Below are positions 28,205 to 37,426 of a DNA stretch of 58,235 bases, piece by piece. The stretch covers positions 1 to 58,235 of the forward strand of contig JAPLBA010000065.1 of NCBI GenBank assembly GCA_026393015.1, read 5' to 3'. The translations under genes and the position numbers were made by a program. Numbering within the stretch: the stretch's first letter is position 1; the number at the start of each line of letters is the position of its first letter. The notes under the pieces were generated by a model. The model was not told the DNA's origin. It saw only the letters and a list, made by a program, of their open reading frames with translations, and searched no databases. This stretch comes from Actinomycetota bacterium. GTDB taxonomy: Bacteria; Actinomycetota; Actinomycetes; Nanopelagicales; Nanopelagicaceae.

Positions 28205-29460
28205 TATTCGCCTCCGTTCGTGGTGCGTGGTTTGTTGCGCCAATCTTCTGGAAGTAAGTGATCGAGCACGTCGTCGACGCTGACGGCGCCCAGGAGACGA
28301 TCGTGCTCATCCACGATAGGCACGGCAACCATGTTGTAGGCCGCCAGGTAGGAAGTCACCTCATTGAGAGAAGCTTCGGGGGAGAGCGGTTCAATGTCGG
28401 TATCGACGACTGAACCCACGAGGGTCGCCGGTGGTTCGCGGAGTAGTCGTTGGAAATGGGCAATTCCAATGAATCGGCCTGTGGGGGTTTCAACGGGTGG
28501 GCGACAGACAAACACTTGCGATGCGAGTGCTGGAGAAATTTCTGCGCGTCGCAAAGTTGCTAAGGCTTCGGCCACAGTTGAATCTGCGGTGAGCACGATG
28601 GGCTCGGTGGTCATCATGCCGCCTGCAGAGTAATCCTCGTAGCGCATGAGTCGACGAACGTCCTCCGCATCTTCTGGCTCCATGAGGTCAAGGAGGAGTT
28701 CAGCCTTCTCGGTTCCCACTTCGCGAAGTAAATCGGCGGCGTCATCGGGATCCATCTCTCCGAGGACGTCGGCCGCGCGCTCCCCTTCGAGTTCAGCCAA
28801 GATGGCAACGCGATCCTCCTCGCCCATTTCTTCCAATACATCGGCAAGACGCTCATCTTCTAATCCGCGCGCAATTTCAACTCTGCGCTTTAGTGAGATG
28901 TCTTGCAAGAAAGTTGCTAAGTCTGCAGCGCGCATTGATGAAATGGTAGCGAGCAAATTCTCGACGCCCTGATCTTGCTCAGCGAGTGTGAGTCCAGATA
29001 CTTCGTTCCAATCAACGGTGAGAGTTGCGCCTCGCCGACGAAGGCCGTTTGGCTTTCGCATCACGTGTACGCGACTGACGAGCCAATCGCGAGTGAGTCC
29101 TTGCTCCATCGCTACGTCTTCAACGATGACGGCAGATGAATCTTCTAGCAACGTAACCGTACGATCGAGTAGCTCGCTAGTGACGAGTACTTCGCTTTGA
29201 CGTTGCTCAAAGCGGCGCATGTTAAGCAAGCCAGTGATGACAACTGCACCTGGATCTATCGAGGTAACTCGGGTGATTGGAATAAAGATTCGGCGACGTG
29301 GGGGTACTTCGGCGACTAATCCAAGTACCCGCGGTGCCTGATTTTCGGTGCGAAGGGTGGCCACGACATCTCGAACCTTGCCGACCTGGTCGCCATTGGG
29401 GTCATAGATCGCGGTGCCGGTGAGCCTGGCAATGTAGACGCGCGAACCGAGCGTGCTCAT
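28204..29460 (-). CDS. MgtE N-terminal-domain / tandem CBS protein lacking the MgtE membrane domain
   Basis: Acidic MgtE_N helices (LEDERLADVLEEMGEEDRVAILAELEGERAADVLGEMDPDDAADLL), then two CBS motifs and no hydrophobic segment. ATG 29460 has GAGGGGG 6 nt upstream; the track ORF opens at TTG 29481. Confidence 0.8.
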   Translation of the reverse strand: MSTLGSRVYIARLTGTAIYDPNGDQVGKVRDVVATLRTENQAPRVLGLVAEVPPRRRIFIPITRVTSIDPGAVVITGLLNMRRFEQRQSEVLVTSELLDRTVTLLEDSSAVIVEDVAMEQGLTRDWLVSRVHVMRKPNGLRRRGATLTVDWNEVSGLTLAEQDQGVENLLATISSMRAADLATFLQDISLKRRVEIARGLEDERLADVLEEMGEEDRVAILAELEGERAADVLGEMDPDDAADLLREVGTEKAELLLDLMEPEDAEDVRRLMRYEDYSAGGMMTTEPIVLTADSTVAEALATLRRAEISPALASQVFVCRPPVETPTGRFIGIAHFQRLLREPPATLVGSVVDTDIEPLSPEASLNEVTSYLAAYNMVAVPIVDEHDRLLGAVSVDDVLDHLLPEDWRNKPRTTNGGE

Positions 29461-29586
29461 GGCGGACCCCCTCGCGGTCAATCGATCAGGCGAACGAAAT
29501 AGTGGCTACTTTCATCAAGTGTGATGGGGTAATCGTAACCGCTCGTCGGGGGTGCGGTCTTCGCATATAGCAGGCTTGGGTTTACC

Positions 29587-29634
29587 GCCGCCTCAGTGGC
29601 CGCCTCAGTGGCCGATTCAGTGGCCGCCTCAGAT
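29587..29634. repeat. 12-bp tandem repeat x4 (gccgcctcagtg)
   Basis: Direct reading. It lies in the 346-bp gap upstream of the MgtE_N-CBS gene, inside a doubtful 70-aa ORF (29478-29690, minus strand). Confidence 0.95.
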
Positions 29635-29806
29635 AGGCCCAAGTGTTGAGTAATCAGTCGCTTCCTAGCCCCCGTGAGCGCTGAAGCCACACAGCTAAGC
29701 CGTCATCTGGCAATGCTCTTCGCTTGGCAGTGGGTCGCCCCAAAGGCGCTCTTATCCCTGGAATTTTGGTCCTGCTTGTAGGTAGCGCGTTTGCGGTAAC
29801 TCGCGA

Positions 29807-30277
29807 TTAATCGTTAATGCGAGCCCACGGCTTGAGAGCGGATTGGATATCTCTATTGGGAGTCCAGGAAGCTCCGCGGTGCGTCTTCCAGTAATTCTCT
29901 ATCTCCGTCATCTTCTTTTTTATGAGGGGATCAGGGGTAAAAGCGCTCGTGGTGGGCGCGCGCAAAATCCAGACCTTCCCGCGCTGATCCACGATGGTGG
30001 CGGTAGTTGCTAACCGTGAGATCGAATAATCAACCCCCTGAATTTCAGACCATGCAAGCTTTTTGTGTCCCACCGAATCGATAATGAATGACTCAGGTGT
30101 GCAGGTACATCCCCAGGCAGCTGACCAAAAGTAGAGGACGCCACCAACGACCACTCCAACAAGGACGCCAAGCATGCCGACCATAAGGAAGCCGATCACT
30201 GCAATCACTAGGCCGGCAAGTGCGAACACAAGACGCGCTCGCGGAACTATGCGGTATGTACGAATTTCTGATGCCAT
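29807..30277 (-). CDS. hypothetical membrane protein
   Basis: 156 aa with two adjacent hydrophobic helices followed by a soluble domain. No family recognised. Confidence 0.45.
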   Translation of the reverse strand: MASEIRTYRIVPRARLVFALAGLVIAVIGFLMVGMLGVLVGVVVGGVLYFWSAAWGCTCTPESFIIDSVGHKKLAWSEIQGVDYSISRLATTATIVDQRGKVWILRAPTTSAFTPDPLIKKKMTEIENYWKTHRGASWTPNRDIQSALKPWARIND

Positions 30278-30353
30278 GAGGGCATCTTGCCAGCAAGCGG
30301 GCAGGGAAGTGAGAGTATTGCCGAAGAGTTTGTAAGAAAGAGAGGGGGTTTAG

Positions 30354-31217
30354 GTGCGGATTGACTTGCACACACATAGCAATTCAAGTGATGGCACCGC
30401 CTCGCCTTCTGAATTGGTACATGCTGCCGTGGCGGCTCACCTAGATGTGATTGCCCTTACCGACCATGACACCTACGCCGGGTGGGAAGAGGCGGCTGGC
30501 GCACTCTCAGGGATTTCTGCTCCGTTAGCGTTGGTTCGAGGAGTCGAAATGTCTTGCCGCAGCCTCGAAGGCATTTCGCTACACATGCTGGGTCTGCTTG
30601 TTGACCCTGGCCATAAGGCTTTATCTGAGGCGCTTGAACAATCTCGCGATGATCGTATTCCGCGGATGAAAGCCATCATCAAAAAGATGCAAGATGAAGG
30701 TTTTGACATTTCATTTTCAGATGTCGAGGCCCAACTTTCAGATGGCGCAACATTGGGACGCCCGCATTTGGCCGATGCTCTCGTAGCCAAGGGGATCGTG
30801 CCTGATCGTGATGTAGCATTTCGAGATTTTCTTCATAATGATTCGCGTTTTTATGTGGGCCACTTCGCAAGTGATGCTCTCGATGGCGTCCGATTGATCA
30901 AATCAGCTGGTGGTGTGGCGATCTTTGCGCATCCCGGTGCAGCAAAACGCGGGAGCGTTGTGAGCCCAGAGTTCATCGCAGAACTCGCAGATGCCGGACT
31001 TGATGCTCTAGAGGTCGATCATCGGGATCACGATGAAAAGACGCGAAAGGATTTGCGCGCACTCGCTGCAGAGCTTGGTCTATTGACGACTGGATCAAGT
31101 GACTTTCACGGTACTGGGAAAATGAATGAACTTGGAGAAAACCTCACGTCGCCTCACGTATGGGATCAACTACACTCGAGAGCAAGTGGCACTCCTGTTA
31201 TTGGTAATCACTCGTGA
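30354..31217 (+). CDS. PHP-domain metal-dependent phosphoesterase (TrpH/YciV-like)
   Basis: N-terminal IDLHTHSNSSDGT and further His/Asp motifs (LTDHDT, FAHPG). Confidence 0.8.
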   Translation: MRIDLHTHSNSSDGTASPSELVHAAVAAHLDVIALTDHDTYAGWEEAAGALSGISAPLALVRGVEMSCRSLEGISLHMLGLLVDPGHKALSEALEQSRDDRIPRMKAIIKKMQDEGFDISFSDVEAQLSDGATLGRPHLADALVAKGIVPDRDVAFRDFLHNDSRFYVGHFASDALDGVRLIKSAGGVAIFAHPGAAKRGSVVSPEFIAELADAGLDALEVDHRDHDEKTRKDLRALAAELGLLTTGSSDFHGTGKMNELGENLTSPHVWDQLHSRASGTPVIGNHS

Positions 31218-32065
31218 CGAGTGCGGGGGAGAATGTGCAGCCAGAATTAGATGGGATGCCTGCACGGCTCTTTAGCGCTACCCCCACTCGGTTAGATATG
31301 TGGCTTTCATGTCCGAGAAAGTATCGAATGAATTATTTGGATTCACCAAAGTTGCCTAAAGGTCCGCCGCGGGCAGCTGCCACCATGGGCAATGCGGTGC
31401 ACAATGCCTTAAAAGATTGGTGGAAGTTGGAATCGGCCGCCCGTACGCCGGATTCAGGTGGCGCACTCGTCCGGGCAAATTGGCGCGATGATGGATTTAG
31501 AGATGATGAACAATCTCAAGGTGCGTTGGCGCGAGCTGTCGCGTGGGTGCAGGGATATCTCTCAAGGGTCAATCCAGAGTTTGAGCCTCGGGGGGTTGAA
31601 CGCACGGTTTCCTTCACCACTGATCATCTCTCGCTGCAAGGCAGGGTTGATCGGATTGATGAGCGCGGAGACGAATTGGTCATTGTGGATTACAAGACGG
31701 GACGTCACCCTTTAAACGAGGCTGAAGCAGCTTCGTCTCTTGCGCTGGCAATTTATGCCAGTGGCGCGGAGCGCACGCTTCGCAAAACCTGCGTACAAGT
31801 GGAACTTCATCATCTGCCGACAGGTGAAGTACAAGTTCATCGACACACTCCAGAGAGCCGAGCTCGTCACATTGCCAGAGCCGACCAGATCGGCATGGAA
31901 GCCGCCGCTGCGGAGCGGGAATTTAAGAAAAACCCAGAAGAATTAGATGTGATCTTTCCCCCGACCCCCTCTTCGCTCTGCGGATACTGCGACTTTGCGC
32001 AACACTGTGATGCTTTCACTGGAACGTCTGCACTGCCGTGGGCGGGAATTGATCTCACCGAATAA
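31214..32065 (+). CDS. PD-(D/E)XK (RecB/Cas4-like) nuclease family protein
   Basis: GRVDRID...IVDYKTG nuclease motif and a C-terminal Cys cluster (CGYCDFAQHC). GTGA overlap with the PHP gene. Confidence 0.7.
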   Translation: MTSAGENVQPELDGMPARLFSATPTRLDMWLSCPRKYRMNYLDSPKLPKGPPRAAATMGNAVHNALKDWWKLESAARTPDSGGALVRANWRDDGFRDDEQSQGALARAVAWVQGYLSRVNPEFEPRGVERTVSFTTDHLSLQGRVDRIDERGDELVIVDYKTGRHPLNEAEAASSLALAIYASGAERTLRKTCVQVELHHLPTGEVQVHRHTPESRARHIARADQIGMEAAAAEREFKKNPEELDVIFPPTPSSLCGYCDFAQHCDAFTGTSALPWAGIDLTE

Positions 32066-32076
32066 AGGAGGGGCGC

Positions 32077-32856
32077 ATGGATACCGATTTTGGTCTCTTT
32101 GGTCCCAATTCCATCACTTGGCGAGTACATGCAGATCCTTCGATGGCTGTGGCGGGCGTGCGTGCACTGCTTCAACAGGCGCTCCATCCGATTGCCATGG
32201 CCGGGGTCGCAGGTCACTCGAATTTTCGCGAGGATGCGTGGGGAAGGCTCAGTCGCACGGCTGAATATGTCGGCATCGTTACTTATGGGACCACTGCCGA
32301 TGCGAAAGTTGCCTCCAAGCGCGTGCGTGCGGTGCATAAGAAATTGAAGTTGGACGATCCCCATCTACTTCGTTGGGTTCATGTCAGCATGGTGGATTCA
32401 TTCCTCGATGTAGCAAAAAGATCGGGCATGGCTCTGAGTGATGCAGATGCCGATCGTTATCTCGCAGAGATGCAGGAGTTCGCTAGGCAAGTGGGAATCA
32501 CATCGGACATCCCAGCGAATCGAGTTGAGATCGCGCAATATTTGCAAGATATTTGTCCAGAACTTATCGCCAGCGATGATGCGCGTGAGGGCGCACGGTT
32601 CATCGCGATTCCACCAATGCCTGATTGGGTGAGGTTCGGTACGCCTGCGCAGGGCGCCTGGGCTGGGATGTCGCTCCTTGCGGCACAATCCATGCCTGCA
32701 TGGGCAAATAAGCTTTATGGATTTCCAGTGCTCCCTACAGTCATAACAGATACTGCGTTGCGCGCATTCCGATTAGCACTGATGGCTATTCCTGGAAGTG
32801 TGCGCGAAGGTCCACATGTGCGAGCTGCCAGGGAAAGAGTGAGCGGGGCCAGTTAG
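32077..32856 (+). CDS. DUF2236 (MpaB-like oxygenase) family protein
   Basis: N-terminus FGPNSITWRVHADPSMAVAGVRALLQQALHP, characteristic of DUF2236. Confidence 0.65.
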   Translation: MDTDFGLFGPNSITWRVHADPSMAVAGVRALLQQALHPIAMAGVAGHSNFREDAWGRLSRTAEYVGIVTYGTTADAKVASKRVRAVHKKLKLDDPHLLRWVHVSMVDSFLDVAKRSGMALSDADADRYLAEMQEFARQVGITSDIPANRVEIAQYLQDICPELIASDDAREGARFIAIPPMPDWVRFGTPAQGAWAGMSLLAAQSMPAWANKLYGFPVLPTVITDTALRAFRLALMAIPGSVREGPHVRAARERVSGAS

Positions 32857-32859
32857 AAG

Positions 32860-34260
32860 TTACTCTCCGGCAGAGCTACGAGTGCGCTTGCGCTCGCGAT
32901 CCTTGCGCGGAGCTGGTGCACTTGGTGCAGATACCTTCACGTGCTCTGGCTTCTTAGGCGAATTCTTACGATCGTTTCCGCGACCATCTGGCGCCTTGGG
33001 CGCACGCTTGGGTTTGAGATCGATATCTTCAATCTCTTCTGCCGCAAGCCCAGCTTTCGCACGTTGCGCGCGAGGGAGTACGCCAGTGATTGCCGGATCA
33101 ATATTGAGATCTAGAAAGAGCCACTCAGAGGAGGAGTAAGTCTCTTTAGGATCTGCCATATCGAGTTTGAGAGCAGTGTTGATCATGTTCCAACGCGCTA
33201 GTTCATCCCAGTCGACAAAGGTGATAGCGATTCCACCAGCACCAGCACGACCGGTCCGACCGATGCGATGCAAGTAAACCTTCTCGTCATCGGGGCATTG
33301 GTAATTAATGACGTGAGTAACGCCTTCGACGTCGATACCTCGCGCAGCGACATCGGTGGCTACCAAAATATCTATCTTTCCATTTCGGAAGGCTCGAAGC
33401 GCTTGTTCGCGAGCGCCTTGACCAAGATCGCCATGCACCGCACCGGAGGCAAAGCCACGATCGGCTAACTCGTCTGAGACTTTGGCAGCAGTGCGCTTGG
33501 TGCGACAGAAGACCACGGTTGCTCCGCGACCTTCTGCCTGCAGAATGCGCGCAAGCATTTCGATCTTGTCCATCGCGTGTGCGCGATATGCAAATTGTTC
33601 TACACCTTCAACTGTGGAGCCGCCTTCTTCAGCTACTCGAATGTGTGTGGGTTGATCCATAAATTTGCGGGCAAGAGTGATGATCTCGCCGGGCATGGTT
33701 GCGGAGAAGAGCATCGTTTGGCGCGCTTCTGGAATGAGGCGAAGGATTGCTTCAATATCTGGCAAGAAGCCAAGATCAAGCATTTCGTCAGCTTCGTCGA
33801 GAACCAGAATCCGCACTTCATTTAATTTGAGATGTCCCTGGCGGGCAAGATCGAGAAGGCGACCAGGAGTTCCGACGACTACATCGATGCCTTTGTTGAG
33901 AGCATCGAGTTGTGGTTCAAAGGCCCGACCACCGTAGAGCGCAAGGACGCGGATGTCTCTGATGCGGCCGGCAACCAGGAGGTCTTCAGCGACCTGGACG
34001 CAGAGTTCGCGCGTGGGCACCACCACTAGGGCCTGTGCTTTGCCAGAGGATCCTTCGCGCTTGGAGAGCACTCGATCAATGATGGGAATACCAAATCCGA
34101 GGGTCTTACCGGTACCTGTCTTCGCCTGGCCGATGAGGTCATTGCCGCTTAATGCCAGCGGGAGGACCATCTCTTGGATAGCAAACGGGGCGGTGATGCC
34201 GATGGGCGCAAGCGCCTCAATGGTCTCAGGGCGCACGCCTAGTTCAATAAACGACGCCAC
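32860..34260 (-). CDS. DEAD-box ATP-dependent RNA helicase
   Basis: Motifs AKTGTGKT, DEAD, SAT and HRIGRTGRAG, plus a basic C-terminal tail. Confidence 0.9.
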   Translation of the reverse strand: MASFIELGVRPETIEALAPIGITAPFAIQEMVLPLALSGNDLIGQAKTGTGKTLGFGIPIIDRVLSKREGSSGKAQALVVVPTRELCVQVAEDLLVAGRIRDIRVLALYGGRAFEPQLDALNKGIDVVVGTPGRLLDLARQGHLKLNEVRILVLDEADEMLDLGFLPDIEAILRLIPEARQTMLFSATMPGEIITLARKFMDQPTHIRVAEEGGSTVEGVEQFAYRAHAMDKIEMLARILQAEGRGATVVFCRTKRTAAKVSDELADRGFASGAVHGDLGQGAREQALRAFRNGKIDILVATDVAARGIDVEGVTHVINYQCPDDEKVYLHRIGRTGRAGAGGIAITFVDWDELARWNMINTALKLDMADPKETYSSSEWLFLDLNIDPAITGVLPRAQRAKAGLAAEEIEDIDLKPKRAPKAPDGRGNDRKNSPKKPEHVKVSAPSAPAPRKDRERKRTRSSAGE

Positions 34261-34314
34261 CAGACTCCTTTCAAGGTTTGGCTCATCGTAGCCTTCTTTG
34301 GCAGAGTTCCTTCC

Positions 34315-34971
34315 GTGAGTACTTCTCTTGAGGCTAATGCCCCGACTCTTGACCGCCGGATCGTGGAATTGAGCGCGGCTGTTGCTTATGGCGAATTAGC
34401 CGGATTCTTTCGAATGAGCAGTGATGCTCAACTTGCTCCCTCGATTAGTGACTCAGCCAGTTTGGCCCGTTTGGCCAATATTGAGTTCAACCATTACTTC
34501 GTGCTGGCTGATTTCTTGGCGCGGCACGGTGTTGATGTAGAGCACGAGATGGGCAAATTCGTGCCCGCTTTTGAAGCCTTCCACGAACGGACTATGCCCG
34601 CTGACTGGTTTGAATGTTTAGTAAAGGCATATGTGGGAGATTCTATTGCGGTGGATTTCTACCGTGAGATCGCCGGTTCACTAGATCCGGAATTGCAGCA
34701 GATCATTTTGCAAGTTGCTAACTCTGATGAACATATGGACTTTCTTATCACCACATTGGGCGCAGCGATTTTTGATGATCCTAAATTAGCCGGACGACTT
34801 GCACTCTGGGCTCGTCGCTTGGTGGGGGAGGCGATAGCACAAGCACAGGCGCTCGCGGTAGAGCATCAAGGACTCTTTGAATTATTTGCCACCATGGATA
34901 TCACGCGAGTCTTTAAGAAACTTACTGAGCATCACACGCATCGCATGCAACGCCTCGGTCTTGCCCCTTAA
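34315..34971 (+). CDS. ferritin-like-fold hypothetical protein
   Basis: 218 aa, helical, in a conserved position next to the DEAD helicase and DUF3107 in actinomycetes. The family call is tentative. Confidence 0.45.
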   Translation: MSTSLEANAPTLDRRIVELSAAVAYGELAGFFRMSSDAQLAPSISDSASLARLANIEFNHYFVLADFLARHGVDVEHEMGKFVPAFEAFHERTMPADWFECLVKAYVGDSIAVDFYREIAGSLDPELQQIILQVANSDEHMDFLITTLGAAIFDDPKLAGRLALWARRLVGEAIAQAQALAVEHQGLFELFATMDITRVFKKLTEHHTHRMQRLGLAP

Positions 34972-35192
34972 CTGGCAGCAAAGCCCACTTTTCTTTCATT
35001 AGGAATACCTAGTTCAACATATGCGAGCTTTTCAATGGGGACCATCACAATGCGCCCTTTATCGTCAGCAAGTTTTAAGGTGCCGCCGTCTTTCAAAGCA
35101 GCGGCCACAATCTTTTCGATTTCTGCTCCCGATTGACTGCTCTCAAGCAGGATTTCTCGATTGGTCTGTGAGACACCGATCTTTACTTCCAT
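34968..35192 (-). CDS. DUF3107 family protein
   Basis: 74 aa with an MEVKIGVSQTNREI...VMVPIEKLAYVELG pattern typical of actinobacterial DUF3107. Confidence 0.75.
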   Translation of the reverse strand: MEVKIGVSQTNREILLESSQSGAEIEKIVAAALKDGGTLKLADDKGRIVMVPIEKLAYVELGIPNERKVGFAAS

Positions 35193-35230
35193 GGCACTTC
35201 TCCTTTGTCGCTTCCGCAGTCAGCCGACTC

Positions 35231-35875
35231 TCAGCCTAGTGCGCCCGGTTCTATGGGGAAACTCGAAATTCCTCGCCACTGCAACTGGGCAACAAACTCT
35301 GCAGCCTTTTCTAGTGGAAGGCGGCCATCGCGATTGAGCCAATAGCGAGCAGTCACTTGCGCCGTTCCGATCAGGCCCACGCCGAGCATCATTGCAGATT
35401 CTTCCGGAAGACCAGTATCAACGGCGATCACCGCGCTTACCGCACGCGCGCATTCATAGGTCATGCGATTGAGACGTTCTTGCACTTGTGGTTCGGCAAG
35501 TGCGTCGCTTTCAAAGAGCAATCGGAAAGCTTCGCTCTCGCTATCAATAAAGCGGAAGTAAGCCTCGGTGGTGGCGTGCACGCGATCCACGTTCTCTTTT
35601 TTCGACGCGATAGCTTTCTGCACTTCGTAAACTAATGAATCGATATGTAAGTCGAGCACGGCCAGGTAGAGATCTAATTTGCTGGGGAAGTGCTGGTAGA
35701 GGACGGGCTTGGTTACACCTGCGCGCTCAGCAATGTCATCCATGCCCGCCGTGTGATAACCGGAGGTACTGAAGATTTCCAGGGCGGCGGTGAGGAGTTG
35801 GGCACGCCGCTCATCGCGGGGCAGGCGAGTCATGGATTGATCGTACTGGGAGTTCGCGCCCCTGGCCGAGGCCAC
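35231..35875 (-). CDS. TetR family transcriptional regulator
   Basis: N-terminal HTH (RRAQLLTAALEIFSTSGYHTAGMDDIAERAGVTKPVLYQHF). An alternative ATG lies at 35833. Confidence 0.85.
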   Translation of the reverse strand: MASARGANSQYDQSMTRLPRDERRAQLLTAALEIFSTSGYHTAGMDDIAERAGVTKPVLYQHFPSKLDLYLAVLDLHIDSLVYEVQKAIASKKENVDRVHATTEAYFRFIDSESEAFRLLFESDALAEPQVQERLNRMTYECARAVSAVIAVDTGLPEESAMMLGVGLIGTAQVTARYWLNRDGRLPLEKAAEFVAQLQWRGISSFPIEPGALG

Positions 35876-35984
35876 CTCTGAGGCTCAGCCATGACAGGAT
35901 CGCGCTTGGATTGGCGGGAATAGATCAACCTTTGGCAGGGTTAGACATAGAGCGTTTCGCTTTTAGGTCGATCAAGGAGCAGAT

Positions 35985-37172
35985 GTGACGAGCACCCTTC
36001 CACCACTGGTGGTCCCAGCCGAGGTGCTGACGGTTGATGAGGTCCGCCGCTATAGCCGCCACTTGATCATTCCTGATGTCGGTATGACCGGCCAGAAGCG
36101 CCTCAAGAATGCCAAAGTTCTCTGTGTGGGAGCCGGCGGTCTGGGCTCTCCTGCCCTCATGTATCTCGCGGCTGCTGGAGTGGGCACATTAGGAATCGTA
36201 GAATTCGATACGGTTGATGAATCAAACTTGCAGCGACAAATTATCCACGGGCAGAGCGATATCGGAAAGAGCAAGGCCGAGAGCGCTCGCAACAGTGTGA
36301 AAGAAATTAACCCTTACGTAAATGTCATCATTCATGAAACGCGAATTGATAATTCCAACGTAATGGAGATTTTTTCGCAGTACGACTTGATTGTTGATGG
36401 TACAGACAATTTCGCTACACGTTATCTGGTTAACGATGCATGCGTGCTTCTTAACAAGCCATACGTGTGGGGCTCTATCTATCGCTTCGATGGACAAGCG
36501 AGCGTTTTCTGGAGTGAGTACGGCCCCTGCTATCGCTGCCTCTATCCAGAGCCACCACCACCCGGCATGGTGCCTAGCTGTGCTGAAGGCGGCGTGCTTG
36601 GTGTGCTCTGCGCCAGCATCGGTTCTATTCAAGTGACTGAGGCCATCAAAGTGATCACTGGTATCGGTGAGCCGCTAGTGGGTCGACTGATGGTTTATGA
36701 CGCACTCGAGATGAGTTACCGCGCAATTAAGGTTCGTAAAGATCCAGATTGCCCGATCTGCAGCAAGAATCCTCAGCAGACTGATTTACTCGAAGATTAT
36801 GAAGCATTTTGTGGTGCGCTCTCGGAAGGAGCGAGTGCTGCTGTCGTAGATTCCACCATTTCGGTGAACGACTTGAAGGGCCGAATGGATCGCGGCGAGG
36901 ACTTCATGCTCATCGATGTGCGGGAGATTAACGAGTGGGAGATCGTCAAGATCCCTGGTGCGACTCTCATTCCCAAGCAGGAGTTCCTCGATGGCTCCAT
37001 CTTGGAGAAGTTGCCGCACGATAAGCAGATCATCTTGCATTGCAAGAGCGGTGCCCGAAGCGCTGAGTGCTTGGCAATCATCAAGAACGCTGGCTTCAAA
37101 GATGCAGTGCATGTGGGTGGCGGTGTGCTCGCCTGGGTGCACTCCATTGATCCATCCCTGCCTATTTACTAG
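35985..37172 (+). CDS. moeZ: adenylyltransferase/sulfurtransferase MoeZ (ThiF/MoeB domain + rhodanese)
   Basis: GAGGLGSP nucleotide motif, CxxC pairs, and a C-terminal rhodanese domain with HCKSGARS. Confidence 0.85.
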   Translation: MTSTLPPLVVPAEVLTVDEVRRYSRHLIIPDVGMTGQKRLKNAKVLCVGAGGLGSPALMYLAAAGVGTLGIVEFDTVDESNLQRQIIHGQSDIGKSKAESARNSVKEINPYVNVIIHETRIDNSNVMEIFSQYDLIVDGTDNFATRYLVNDACVLLNKPYVWGSIYRFDGQASVFWSEYGPCYRCLYPEPPPPGMVPSCAEGGVLGVLCASIGSIQVTEAIKVITGIGEPLVGRLMVYDALEMSYRAIKVRKDPDCPICSKNPQQTDLLEDYEAFCGALSEGASAAVVDSTISVNDLKGRMDRGEDFMLIDVREINEWEIVKIPGATLIPKQEFLDGSILEKLPHDKQIILHCKSGARSAECLAIIKNAGFKDAVHVGGGVLAWVHSIDPSLPIY

Positions 37173-37225
37173 GTGTCGAGCGTTTAACTTCTGCATTAGC
37201 CGGCTTTCTCTGGCACCATATTGGC

Positions 37226-37426
37226 ATGTCTGAAACTACAGAAGGACCCACAAAAGTAACTCTGATTCCTGATGGTCCCTTAATGGTGACCGGGGAAGTG
37301 GAAATCTGCGATAACGACGGAAACGTCCTGCGCACCGCATCCAAGATTTCGCTCTGCCGTTGCGGTCACTCCGAGATCAAGCCATATTGCGACGGGTCAC
37401 ATAAGCGAAATAACTTTAAGTCTTAA
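37226..37426 (+). CDS. CDGSH iron-sulfur domain protein
   Basis: 66 aa containing the CRCGHSEIKPYCDGSH motif. Confidence 0.8.
   Translation: MSETTEGPTKVTLIPDGPLMVTGEVEICDNDGNVLRTASKISLCRCGHSEIKPYCDGSHKRNNFKS

Noticed and set aside
29461-29806. An Mg2+ (M-box) riboswitch upstream of the MgtE_N-CBS gene.
   Set aside because: I could not recognise conserved M-box elements or a convincing multi-stem structure by eye. This is left as an open check under findings rather than a feature.
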